In this document: positions 55,713 through 64,000 of the stretch, one piece after another
How the letters are laid out: the number at the start of each line of letters is the position of its first letter
Position numbering within the stretch: the first letter of the stretch is position 1
Notes under the pieces: model-generated
Database searches by the model: none
The model's input: the letters and a program-made list of their open reading frames with translations, nothing else
What the model was told of the DNA's origin: nothing
Source: an uncultured Solibacteraceae bacterium
Lineage (GTDB): Bacteria > Acidobacteriota > Holophagae > Holophagales > Holophagaceae
Length of the DNA stretch: 64,000 nucleotides
NCBI GenBank assembly: GCA_964617215.1
Contig: CAZTVL010000004.1
Span: forward strand, 139,131 to 203,130
Reading direction: 5' to 3'
Program-made: the position numbers and the translations under genes

Positions 55713-56831
55713 TCAGGCCGTCGGCGCCGCGTCCACAACGCCATAGATGTTGTCCCGCTGCCAGGGTTCGAAGCCGGCGTCGCGGATGAGGCGGATCATC
55801 TCGCCCTTGTTCACGTTGTAGCAGGTGCCCGCGGCGCTCACGACGTTCTCCTCGAGCATGAGGGAGCCCATGTCGTCGCAGCCGTAGGCGAGGGCCATCT
55901 GCCCCGTCTTCTTGCCCATGGTGACCCAGGAGCTCTGCACGTGGGGCACGTTGTCCATGGTGATGCGGGCCACGGCGATGGTGCGGAGGTACTCGGTGTC
56001 CGTGGGCTTGGGGATCTTGCCTTCCCACACGGTGTGGCCGCTCTGGAAGGGCCAAGCGGCGAAGGCGGAGTACTGGCCGCCGTTGTTCCGCGCGAGGCTG
56101 CGATCCTGCTGATCCCGGATGGCCATGAAGTGCTCGACGCGCTCGGCCATGGTTTCGGTGATGCCGTACATCATGGTGGCAGTGGTCTTGAGACCCTCCT
56201 CGTGGGCGGCCTCCATCACTTCCAACCATTTGTCGGGGCCGCCCTTCAGGGGCGCGATCTTCTTGCGGATGCGATCCACGAGCACTTCGGCGCCGCCACC
56301 GGGGATGGAGCCCAGGCCCGCGGCCATGAGGTCCGCGATGGTCTTGCGCAGGGTCTGGCCACTGAGCTTGGCCATCATCTGGATCTCCACGGGGGAGAAT
56401 CCGTGCACCCAGATGCCGAGGTCGTGCCGCAGGTAGTGCACGAGGTCCAGGTAGTACTCCCATGGCAAATCGGGATTCACGCCGCCCTGCAGCAGGAAAC
56501 CGGTACCCCCCAGGGCCTTGGTCTCATCGGCCTTCTGCTTCAGCTGCTCCTTGGTGAGCGTGTAGCCGCGCTTGTCGCCGGGCTTGTGGTAGAAGGCGCA
56601 GAAGGTGCAGTAGACATTGCAGAGGTCGGTGTAGTTGACGTTGCGATCGATGATGAAGCTGACCCGGGTGGGGTCATTGTGGCGGTGCTTCACGGCCGTG
56701 GCGGCCAGGGAGAGCTCGGCCAGACTGGCGTGCTCCAGCAGGTGCAGGGCCTCAGCGGCATCCACGCGCCCGCCGGCCACCACCTTGTCCACGATCTCCG
56801 CGGTGCGGGTTCCTTCCATCACCAGGCTCAT
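55713..56831 (-). CDS. radical SAM enzyme of the CofH/MqnC/MqnE family (futalosine menaquinone pathway)
   Basis: 372-aa ORF. NVNYTDLCNVYCTFCAFYHKPGD carries the CxxxCxxC cluster in the context typical of this family. I cannot separate MqnC from MqnE by eye. Confidence 0.75.
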   Translation of the reverse strand: MSLVMEGTRTAEIVDKVVAGGRVDAAEALHLLEHASLAELSLAATAVKHRHNDPTRVSFIIDRNVNYTDLCNVYCTFCAFYHKPGDKRGYTLTKEQLKQKADETKALGGTGFLLQGGVNPDLPWEYYLDLVHYLRHDLGIWVHGFSPVEIQMMAKLSGQTLRKTIADLMAAGLGSIPGGGAEVLVDRIRKKIAPLKGGPDKWLEVMEAAHEEGLKTTATMMYGITETMAERVEHFMAIRDQQDRSLARNNGGQYSAFAAWPFQSGHTVWEGKIPKPTDTEYLRTIAVARITMDNVPHVQSSWVTMGKKTGQMALAYGCDDMGSLMLEENVVSAAGTCYNVNKGEMIRLIRDAGFEPWQRDNIYGVVDAAPTA

Positions 56832-56849
56832 GGGGCCCCCCTCAAAGTT

Positions 56850-56874
56850 CGCCCGCGCCGGAAGGGCGCGGGCG
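56850..56874 (-). terminator. GC-rich hairpin downstream of the small zinc-ribbon gene
   Basis: CGCCCGCGCC-loop-GGCGCGGGCG forms a 10-bp stem, followed on the minus strand by AACTTT. The U-tract is weak. Confidence 0.35.
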
Positions 56875-56893
56875 TCCTGATTGCTCGATCAAT

Positions 56894-57058
56894 CTAAACG
56901 TCGTAGCCCATGATCTTCAGGCAGCGGCGGCAGACGCACTCCTGGCCTTCGATCCCATGGTTGAAGTGGGAGAGCACGTACTTGCTCCGGCACTTCTCGC
57001 AGACCTGGGTCGGCTCGGTGGTGTCCTTGGGGGCGTAAAGGTGGGTGGGATCCGGCAT
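56894..57058 (-). CDS. small zinc-ribbon-like protein
   Basis: 54 aa from the ATG at 57058: MPDPTHLYAPKDTTEPTQVCEKCRSKYVLSHFNHGIEGQECVCRRCLKIMGYDV, with CxxC and CxC-xx-C pairs. It lies downstream of hpf. Confidence 0.45.
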   Translation of the reverse strand: MPDPTHLYAPKDTTEPTQVCEKCRSKYVLSHFNHGIEGQECVCRRCLKIMGYDV

Positions 57059-57115
57059 GGCAAGCTCCGAAGATCCTAAGGATAACGCGAATTCCGGAGA
57101 CTCCCAGGCCCCAAC

Positions 57116-57143
57116 GGAAAGGGGGCCCGAAGGCCCCCTTTCC
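57116..57143 (-). terminator. hairpin downstream of hpf
   Basis: GGAAAGGGGGCC-TTCG-GGCCCCCTTTCC is a perfect 12-bp stem with a tetraloop, beginning about 22 nt after the hpf stop. The only T-run lies inside the stem. Confidence 0.5.
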
Positions 57144-57165
57144 AAGGTGCCCTGCAGCAGACCTT

Positions 57166-57504
57166 CTACTCTTCTTCCTCGACCACCAGGGCCGCGGCCT
57201 TGTCGCCGTTCTGGATGCGGGTGGATTTCTTATCGAGGGTCTTGTGGGCCTGGGCTTCGAGCTTGTCGATGGCCTGATTCAGGCTGCCATACATGTCCTG
57301 GGTCTCGGCGGAGGCCACCAGGCTGGCGCTGCGGGTCTTCATGGTGATTTCGGCGATGTGCCGATGCTGCTTCTCGACCTTGAGGATCACGTGGACGTCG
57401 ATGACGTCATCGAGGAAGGAGGCGAACTTGTCCAGCCGGGACTGGGCATGCTGCTTGAGAGCTTCGCTAAGCTCAACGTGGTGACCGGTGAAATGGACCT
57501 TCAT
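57166..57504 (-). CDS. hpf: ribosome hibernation promoting factor (short HPF/RaiA type)
   Basis: 112-aa ORF. MKVHFTGHHVELSEALKQHAQSRLDKF is the sigma-54 modulation protein signature. It lies immediately downstream of rpoN. Confidence 0.9.
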   Translation of the reverse strand: MKVHFTGHHVELSEALKQHAQSRLDKFASFLDDVIDVHVILKVEKQHRHIAEITMKTRSASLVASAETQDMYGSLNQAIDKLEAQAHKTLDKKSTRIQNGDKAAALVVEEEE

Positions 57505-57603
57505 TTCACACTCCTGGAAAGGGCCCGCGGGCCCGGGTTAGTGCATAGAACCCGCACCCCTTGGGGGGATCCGGATTTGGAAGAGCAGCTTGTCATGGAC
57601 GGC

Positions 57604-59181
57604 TTATCGGCGGCGGCGTTTGGAAGCTGGAGCAATCTTCAGTTCCTCGCGGTATTTGTTGACGGTGCGACGAGCTACGGTGATTCCATCCCTTCCCAGG
57701 AGGGCACTGATGGCTTCGTCGGAAAGGGGCTTGGCGGGGTCTTCAGCCTGGATAAGGGCCTTGATCTTGTGCTTGACCACGGTGGCTGAAACATCCTCCC
57801 CCGAATCTGAGCCCAAACTGGCTGAAAAGAAGTAATTGAGATCAAAAAGGCCCTGGGGGGTGTGGATGGTCTTGCTCTTCACCACGCGGCTGATGGTGCT
57901 TTCGTGGAAACCCGTGGCCTCGGCCACATCCCGCAGCACCATGGGCCGGAGCCCCTCGATGCCCCGCTCCATGAATTCCTTCTGAAGGTCCACAATTTGG
58001 GCGGAGACGCGCAGCACGGTGCGGTTGCGATCCTCCACGCCCCGGATGAAATCCCGGGCGCTGCGGAAGCGATCGCGGATGAAATCTTTATCGGCCTTGG
58101 CATCGGAGGCGTTCAGGAAACTGCGGTATTCACCACTCACCTTGAGGCGCGGTAGGCCCTCGTCGTTGAGGTACACCTTCCAGTTGCCATCCTCGCCCTT
58201 GAGCACCACCACGTCGGGCTTGACCACCCGCTCCGCTTCGCCGCCGTAGGCGCGGCCCGGGGCGGGATGGAGGTGGCGCAGCATCTCCATGGCGTGGGTG
58301 AGTTCCTCCTCCAGGCAGCCCAGGGCCTTCCGGAGCTTCCCGCTGTCCCGCTGCATGAGCAGGTCGCCGTGGTTCTTGATGATGCGTACGGCCAGATCAT
58401 CAGGCTCGGCACCGGCATGCCGGAGCTGGAGCAGCAAGCTCTCCTGCAAGGTGAAGCAGCCGATGCCGCTGGGATCGAACTCCTGGAGCACGTCCACGGC
58501 CCAGCGCAGCGCCTCGGGTTCCACCTGCATGTCCAACGCCAGGGCATCCAGGTTCGTTTCAGCGGCGCTGTCCGGATCCATGCGCAGGAAGCCCTTGGCA
58601 TCCAGGCGGTCGATGAGCCGTTCCACCAGGAGCGCGCGGGGATCATCAGGGTCCAGGGTCTGATAGAGCTGGCCCAGCAGGTGCTCCTGCAGGGTTTCCG
58701 TGGAGCTGAGGCGCTCCTCCCAACTCATCTTCTCGTCGTCGGGCAGGTTGGAGGTGCGGGGCAGATCGCCATCCCAGCTGTTCTCCGCGCCCATCTCGAT
58801 CTCCTCGACCTGGGCGACTCCCTCTTCCGTGAACTTCTCCAACTGGTCCGCATCGATCTCCTGGCCCTCGGAGGCCATGGCGAGGGCATCGAGGTCCACG
58901 GTGGTGACGTTTTCAGGCAATTCCACGCCCTCGGACACCTGATCCGGGTTGGGCTCGGAAACCTGGCAATCGTGGCCTTCTTCGATGGCTTGGAGGCTGG
59001 GCACCTCGTCGCCGTCGTCCGCCAATTCCAGGAGGGGATTCTCCTCCAGCTCCTTTTCGATGGTCTGCCCCAGCTCCAGCAGGTTCATCTGCCACAGCTT
59101 GAGCTTCAGCTGCATGGCCGGCGTCAACGCCAGGGTCTGGCTCTGAGCCAGACGCTGCGAGAGGAAGGGACCTTGAGCCAT
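57604..59181 (-). CDS. rpoN: RNA polymerase sigma-54 factor
   Basis: 525-aa ORF with a Gln/Leu-rich region I (LSQRLAQSQTLALTPAMQLKLKLWQM), an acidic region II, and the RpoN box ARRTVNKYRE. Confidence 0.95.
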   Translation of the reverse strand: MAQGPFLSQRLAQSQTLALTPAMQLKLKLWQMNLLELGQTIEKELEENPLLELADDGDEVPSLQAIEEGHDCQVSEPNPDQVSEGVELPENVTTVDLDALAMASEGQEIDADQLEKFTEEGVAQVEEIEMGAENSWDGDLPRTSNLPDDEKMSWEERLSSTETLQEHLLGQLYQTLDPDDPRALLVERLIDRLDAKGFLRMDPDSAAETNLDALALDMQVEPEALRWAVDVLQEFDPSGIGCFTLQESLLLQLRHAGAEPDDLAVRIIKNHGDLLMQRDSGKLRKALGCLEEELTHAMEMLRHLHPAPGRAYGGEAERVVKPDVVVLKGEDGNWKVYLNDEGLPRLKVSGEYRSFLNASDAKADKDFIRDRFRSARDFIRGVEDRNRTVLRVSAQIVDLQKEFMERGIEGLRPMVLRDVAEATGFHESTISRVVKSKTIHTPQGLFDLNYFFSASLGSDSGEDVSATVVKHKIKALIQAEDPAKPLSDEAISALLGRDGITVARRTVNKYREELKIAPASKRRRR

Positions 59182-59190
59182 GTTAGGAGC

Positions 59191-59931
59191 CTAGCCTAGA
59201 TCCAATTTGAACCGATCGCCCAGGTAAACCCGGCGAATGTCGGGATCTTCCGCGATCTCATTGGGCAGTCCATGTTTGAGGATCATTCCATCGGCCAAGA
59301 TATAGGCGCGATCAGCGATCTGCAAGGTTTCCCGCACGTTGTGATCCGTGATAAGCACGCCGATTCCCCGGGCCTTCAAATCGGCGATGAGGCCCTGGAT
59401 CTCCGAGACGCTCTTGGGGTCCACACCCGCGAAGGGCTCATCCAAGAGCATGATCTTGGGCTCGGTGACGAGGGCCCGGGCCAGCTCGCAGCGGCGACGT
59501 TCGCCGCCCGACAGGCTGCGGCCATGGGTGTGCCGCACCTTCTGAAGGTGAAATTCCTCCAGCAACTTCTCGCAGCGGGCGATCTGCGCCTCCCGGGGGA
59601 TGGGCTGTAGCTCCGCCAGGGCCATGAGGTTCTCCCACACCGTGAGCCCGCGGAACACGCTGCTCTCCTGGGTGAGGTACCCGATGCCGAGCCGGGCCCG
59701 GCGGTGCATGGGAGAGGTGGTGAGGTCCTCACCCATCCAGGTGATGCGGCCTGAATCCGGGGCTTCCACGCCCACCACCATGTAGAAGGTGGTCGTCTTG
59801 CCCGCACCGTTGGGGCCCAGCAGGCCCACGACCTCGCCGGGGCACACGTACAGGCTCACGCCGCGCACCACGAGGCGCTCGCCATATTGTTTCTTGAGCT
59901 CGGTGGCCTCAAGCCGGGGGGTGGTTTCCAT
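59191..59931 (-). CDS. lptB: LPS export ABC transporter ATP-binding protein
   Basis: Walker A GPNGAGKTTTF, signature LSGGERRR and Walker B MLLDEPFAGVD are present. The start is either the ATG at 59931 or a GTG at 59949 that overlaps the upstream stop. Confidence 0.9.
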   Translation of the reverse strand: METTPRLEATELKKQYGERLVVRGVSLYVCPGEVVGLLGPNGAGKTTTFYMVVGVEAPDSGRITWMGEDLTTSPMHRRARLGIGYLTQESSVFRGLTVWENLMALAELQPIPREAQIARCEKLLEEFHLQKVRHTHGRSLSGGERRRCELARALVTEPKIMLLDEPFAGVDPKSVSEIQGLIADLKARGIGVLITDHNVRETLQIADRAYILADGMILKHGLPNEIAEDPDIRRVYLGDRFKLDLG

Positions 59932-59945
59932 GGTCCCTATTCCTA

Positions 59946-61676
59946 TCACGAGTCGCCGCCGGGACCCGAAGCCGTGGCTCCGAGCCCCCGCACGCGGCCA
60001 TGCCAGCGCACGGCCCGGGCTGCAGGTTCCAATTCCAGGGCATCCCCCTGCCCTTCACCCAGCCGGCCCCGAAGGCTCACGGCGCCCTCGGCCTTCACCA
60101 ACTGCACCGCACGACCGGCACCCAGCTTGAGCACCACCCGCTCCGCCAGGAGTCGCCACCCCTGCCCCTGCACTTCCACGCCACCCGTCAGGCGGATCTC
60201 GGTGGCATCGCTCTCACCCAGGGCCGCCCGAAGGGTGAGTTCCCCATCGGTGGCGGACAGGGCCCCGCTGAGGCCCTCGGGGAACTCCAGCCGATCGCCC
60301 TTGCGCAGGATCCGATTGCCCGACAGCCGCTCCCGGAGGCGGGACCAGGTGGCCGGCCTTCCCGTCAGCGTCCACTGGGCGTCTTCCCACACCAGCGTGG
60401 CCCCACGCAGGGACCCGCCATTGTTGAAGCTCACGAGCACCGGCCCCTCGAAGGTCCAGGCCCGGGGGCTGCCCTGACCGGCACCTGCGCTGAAGGTGCC
60501 TTCCTCGGCCCGACCCACCACGGGGCCCGGCATGCGCCACTTCCGGCTGCGGCGATCGAGATCCATGCGGGTGGCGCCCAGGGATCGGCGCCCCCACGTG
60601 AGGAGGGGTTGCGCTTCGGCGCGCGCCCAGCCCTGGCCCAGGTCCGCGGGCATTTCCGAGCCCTGGCCTTCACGCAGAAGCACTCGGGGGGCCTGCAATT
60701 TCAGCCGCTGCCCGTCCAGGGTCTGCTCCCAGGCGACGCTGCCTTCGAGCCGCAGGCCGGCGGGGGACCAGCGGACGCCCATGGATTGCAAGCGCTCTTC
60801 CCCCTCCGGCGCCTGCCGACGGGCCTTGAATCCCCGGAGTTCCACCTGTTGCAAGGGCTTCCCGGGCGTGGGCCGATCCGCGCGGCCCCCTTCAGCTTCA
60901 CCATTCCAACCATCCAGCCGCGTGAAATGGAGGATGCCGGGCCAGCTGACGGAGCCCGGCAACAGCTCGGCCTTTTGGGCCTCCACGTGTCCATCCACGA
61001 GCTGGGCCCGGACGCCGGTCAAGCGCCCGCTCTGCAGCCCCGCATCGGCCTCCAGCCGATCCGCTTCCAAGTGACGGAGCGTCGGTTCGCCCTCCGCATC
61101 CCAGATGACGGGGCCCTGATTTACCCGGATCAGGCCATCGGCCTCCCGGGTCCACCCTGCGGGGAGGTGCCACACACCAGGGCCCGCGCCCTGGAGGCCG
61201 TGCCAGGTGAGCGGGGCCATGGCCTCCCACCGGCCGGCATTCCAGCGCAGGGCACCGCCCTTGCCCTCCATCAGGCCCTTGCCACCGCTGCCCCCCAGCG
61301 CGTCCATGCTCTCCAGGGCCAGGGGCGCATAGAGCAGCCAGGCGCCATCCTTGCGCTTGGCCTCAGGGGATTTGAACTTCCAGCGGGCGCGGCCTTCGTC
61401 CAATTCACCATCGACGCCCCCCAGGCGCAGGTTCTGCTCCTCGCCCTGGATGGTTTCGTAGCGCAGGGTGAGTTTGTTGTCGCCTTGAAGCTCCGTCAGC
61501 GTGCCCAAGGTGCCCCGGATTCCGGGTTCAAAAAGCCCCAGTCCGCCCGAGGAAGCGAGGCTCCGGGGGCCCACGGCCAACTGCAGGCCTGTGACGCCCA
61601 GGGTGAGCCCCAGCACGCCCCAGCCCGCCCAACGCCATACGGGATCCCGGGGCGGCGGCAGAGAGAGGCGCCTCAT
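59946..61676 (-). CDS. large periplasmic LptA/OstA-like protein (possible LptC-LptA fusion)
   Basis: 576 aa from the ATG at 61676 (MRRLSLPPP..., one TM). The sequence is a beta-rich repetitive series of G-x-V/L-x-W/L strands. The position immediately upstream of lptB-rpoN-hpf matches lptC/lptA. The function is inferred from context. Confidence 0.5.
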   Translation of the reverse strand: MRRLSLPPPRDPVWRWAGWGVLGLTLGVTGLQLAVGPRSLASSGGLGLFEPGIRGTLGTLTELQGDNKLTLRYETIQGEEQNLRLGGVDGELDEGRARWKFKSPEAKRKDGAWLLYAPLALESMDALGGSGGKGLMEGKGGALRWNAGRWEAMAPLTWHGLQGAGPGVWHLPAGWTREADGLIRVNQGPVIWDAEGEPTLRHLEADRLEADAGLQSGRLTGVRAQLVDGHVEAQKAELLPGSVSWPGILHFTRLDGWNGEAEGGRADRPTPGKPLQQVELRGFKARRQAPEGEERLQSMGVRWSPAGLRLEGSVAWEQTLDGQRLKLQAPRVLLREGQGSEMPADLGQGWARAEAQPLLTWGRRSLGATRMDLDRRSRKWRMPGPVVGRAEEGTFSAGAGQGSPRAWTFEGPVLVSFNNGGSLRGATLVWEDAQWTLTGRPATWSRLRERLSGNRILRKGDRLEFPEGLSGALSATDGELTLRAALGESDATEIRLTGGVEVQGQGWRLLAERVVLKLGAGRAVQLVKAEGAVSLRGRLGEGQGDALELEPAARAVRWHGRVRGLGATASGPGGDS

Positions 61677-63337
61677 GGCAGCCTTCCTTCCACCAGCCAG
61701 CTGCGGCCCCAGCGCACTTGATCTTGAGGTGTAGCGACCAGCCGGAGCACCTCGCCAGGCGCCAGGGGCCCGCTGCGTTCGGCCCCGAAGAACCAGGTGA
61801 CGGACTCTGCGACGCCCTTGAGCTTGAGCTTCCAGTGCCCTTCGCCAAAGACCTTCACCGGTTCCGCCAGGGCGCCCTCCAGGCCCGCCAGGGGCACGGG
61901 GAAGCCTTGGCCCCAGGGCTCCAGGGCGGCCATGGCCGCTGCATCCGGGAAGCCCTGCGAGCCCCAGGCATCGATTACGCGTTCCACCGAGGGCGCCCGC
62001 TGGGCCTGCTCGGCGGCGCCCTTTTCGAAGCACTGCCGAACGAAGGCCAGGTGGCCCAGGGAGAAAGTCATGCCCGCCGCCAGGCGATGCCCGCCCCCAC
62101 TGCGCAGGAAGGGCTTGGCCTGCTCCAACAGGAGGGTGAGATCGAAACCATCCGGCGCCCGCAAGGAGCAGTGGGCAACGCCATCGATCACCGTACACAC
62201 CGCCGTGGGCTTACCAGAATCCCGCATGCGGGAGCCGGCGACGATGCCGATGACACCCTTGTGGGCCTCGGCCTCAAGCACCAGGTCGAAGGCCTCCGGC
62301 CCCGGCGCAGGCAGGCGCTGGGCCAACTCCCGTTGGGTGCGGCGGCGCTCCTGGTTGAGCTCCTCCACCCGGGTCATCAGGGTTTCGGCTTCCTTCGCAT
62401 CCCGGCAGAGCAGGAGGCGCACCGCGTCTTCCGCGCCGCCCATGCGCCCCACGGCGTTGAGGCGCGGGCCCACACCGAAGGCGAGATCCTGCCCCGTGGG
62501 GCGTGCTTCGATGCGGGCCGCTTTGAGGAGCGCTGCCAGGCCGGGACCGTTGGCCCCCGCCAAGGCCTCAAGGCCGCGCCGCACCAGCAGGGCGTTCTCC
62601 CCCTTAAGGGGCACCATATCCGCCACGGTGCCGATGGCCACCAATTTCAGCAGGCCGTCGAGAAACGCCGCGTCCGCCCCCGTGGGCACGGGAACGGCGC
62701 CGAGGAGCGCCTGGGCCAGCTTGAACGCCACGCCCACCCCCGAAAGCCACGGATTGGCGTAGCTCTCCAGCAGCGGGTGCACCACGGCGCAGGCGGGCGG
62801 CAGCTCTGCGCCCAGGGCATGGTGATCCGTAATCACCCATTCCAGCCCCAGCTCCGCACTGGCCTTCACTTCGTCGACGCTGCGCACGCCGCAATCCACG
62901 GAGATGATGAGCCCGGGGTTCCTGGATTCCTGCAGCTCTCGGATGCAGTCCAGGTGCAGGCCGTAGCCATCGTTGAAGCGGTTGGGGATGAAGAAGTCCA
63001 CCTTCGCGCCCAGCTTCTCCAGCACCCGCATGAGCAGGGCTGTGGCCGTCACCCCATCCACGTCGTAGTCGCCGTAGATGGTGATGCGTTCGCCGCCTTC
63101 GATGGCCTTGCGGATGCGCGCCACGGCAGCATCCACACCGGGCAACAGGTGGGGATCTGTGCTGCGGGCCCAGGTGGCGTCGAGGCGCCAGGCCAGCTCC
63201 TCGGGCTCATCCACGCCCCGCATCCAGGCGAGCCGGGCGGCGCCTTCCTCCAAAGCCCAGGCCTGCCCCAGCTTGAGCCAGGGCCTCAGGCCAGCCGGAG
63301 CCTCACGGCGCAGGCGCCAGGCGGGGGGAACACTCAC
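61673..63337 (-). CDS. recJ: single-stranded-DNA-specific exonuclease RecJ
   Basis: 554-aa ORF with DHH family motifs: [19 protein letters not shown] and GGHRLAAG (DHHA1). The GTG start overlaps the accA stop. Confidence 0.9.
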   Translation of the reverse strand: MSVPPAWRLRREAPAGLRPWLKLGQAWALEEGAARLAWMRGVDEPEELAWRLDATWARSTDPHLLPGVDAAVARIRKAIEGGERITIYGDYDVDGVTATALLMRVLEKLGAKVDFFIPNRFNDGYGLHLDCIRELQESRNPGLIISVDCGVRSVDEVKASAELGLEWVITDHHALGAELPPACAVVHPLLESYANPWLSGVGVAFKLAQALLGAVPVPTGADAAFLDGLLKLVAIGTVADMVPLKGENALLVRRGLEALAGANGPGLAALLKAARIEARPTGQDLAFGVGPRLNAVGRMGGAEDAVRLLLCRDAKEAETLMTRVEELNQERRRTQRELAQRLPAPGPEAFDLVLEAEAHKGVIGIVAGSRMRDSGKPTAVCTVIDGVAHCSLRAPDGFDLTLLLEQAKPFLRSGGGHRLAAGMTFSLGHLAFVRQCFEKGAAEQAQRAPSVERVIDAWGSQGFPDAAAMAALEPWGQGFPVPLAGLEGALAEPVKVFGEGHWKLKLKGVAESVTWFFGAERSGPLAPGEVLRLVATPQDQVRWGRSWLVEGRLP

Positions 63338-64000
63338 CCAACCGAACCCATCTTGGCGAACTTTTGGTAGCGCTCTTCCACGAGGGCTTCGGCGCTGAGC
63401 TCGGCCAATTCCCCGAAGGCTTCCACGACGGCTTCCTTGAGGAGCGCCGCGGCCATGTCGTGATCGGAGTGGGCCGCGCCCAAAGGCTCCTTCACGATGG
63501 TGTCGATGACGCCCAGGTCGAGCAGGCGGGGAGCGGTGAGGCGCAAGGCCTCGGCAGCCTTGGGGGCCTGACTCGCATCCTTCCAGAGGATGGAAGCGCA
63601 GCCTTCGGGGCTGATCACGCTGTAGATGGCGTTCTCCATCATCATCACGCGGTCGGCCACGCCCAGCGCTAGGGCGCCTCCGGAGCCGCCTTCGCCGATG
63701 ACCACGGCCACCACGGGCACTTCCAGCTTGGCCATCTCCAGAAGGTTGCGGGCGATGGCTTCGGCCTGGCCGCGCTCCTCAGCGTCTACGCCGGGATAGG
63801 CACCGGGCGTATCGATGAGGCAGAGGATGGGACGTTGAAATTTCTCCGCCATCTTCATGAGGCGCAAGGCCTTACGGTAACCCTCAGGCTTGGGCATGCC
63901 GAAGTTGCGCAGGATCTTCTGCTTGGTGTCCCGGCCCTTCTGCTGGCCGATGATCATCACGGGATTCCCATCGATCCAGCCGAGGCCGCCGACGATGGCC
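63334..64000 (-). CDS. accA: acetyl-CoA carboxylase carboxyltransferase alpha subunit (5' end beyond the window)
   Basis: [55 protein letters not shown] is highly characteristic of AccA. The reading frame stays open to the right edge. Confidence 0.9.
   Translation of the reverse strand, partial: AIVGGLGWIDGNPVMIIGQQKGRDTKQKILRNFGMPKPEGYRKALRLMKMAEKFQRPILCLIDTPGAYPGVDAEERGQAEAIARNLLEMAKLEVPVVAVVIGEGGSGGALALGVADRVMMMENAIYSVISPEGCASILWKDASQAPKAAEALRLTAPRLLDLGVIDTIVKEPLGAAHSDHDMAAALLKEAVVEAFGELAELSAEALVEERYQKFAKMGSVG

Overview
High-GC chromosomal segment from a diderm bacterium. LptB, an LptA/OstA-like gene, GT9 and ArnT-like glycosyltransferases and MtgA are present. The gene content gives an Acidobacteriota/Holophagae-like impression, which I cannot verify. 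I support about 70 protein genes, mostly housekeeping: a complete trpE-G-D-C-F-(B) operon with 4-nt start/stop overlaps, a split 5'-nucleotidase, a flotillin, methionine-salvage genes (mtnA plus an MtnB-like aldolase), an ArnT/GT9/ArnE-like envelope cluster, kbl and tdh, asnB, larB-larE, class I and class II FBP aldolases, a futalosine-pathway radical SAM gene, and the conserved lptA-like/lptB/rpoN/hpf string followed by recJ and accA (truncated at the right edge). I recognised no rRNA, tRNA, CRISPR array, transposase or integrase. Many long ORFs in the track are antisense shadow ORFs or N-terminal over-extensions typical of high-GC DNA. The most interesting items are: (1) a tandem pair of paralogous genes (45452-47059) whose C-terminal domains follow the uracil-DNA-glycosylase motif order but lack both catalytic motifs, preceded by a 49-codon Cys-rich ORF; (2) terminator hairpins inside the 5' leaders of trpE and asnB, each with a short upstream ORF enriched in the cognate amino acid and an alternative antiterminator pairing; (3) six long imperfect palindromes, each different in sequence and built from short degenerate tandem units, sitting exactly at gene 3' ends; (4) a 255-bp element closed by 30-nt inverted repeats whose two mismatches are G-U compatible only on the + strand; (5) AT-richer single-gene insertions, one of which splits kbl from tdh. 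All functional calls come from motif recognition by eye. No database search was run.
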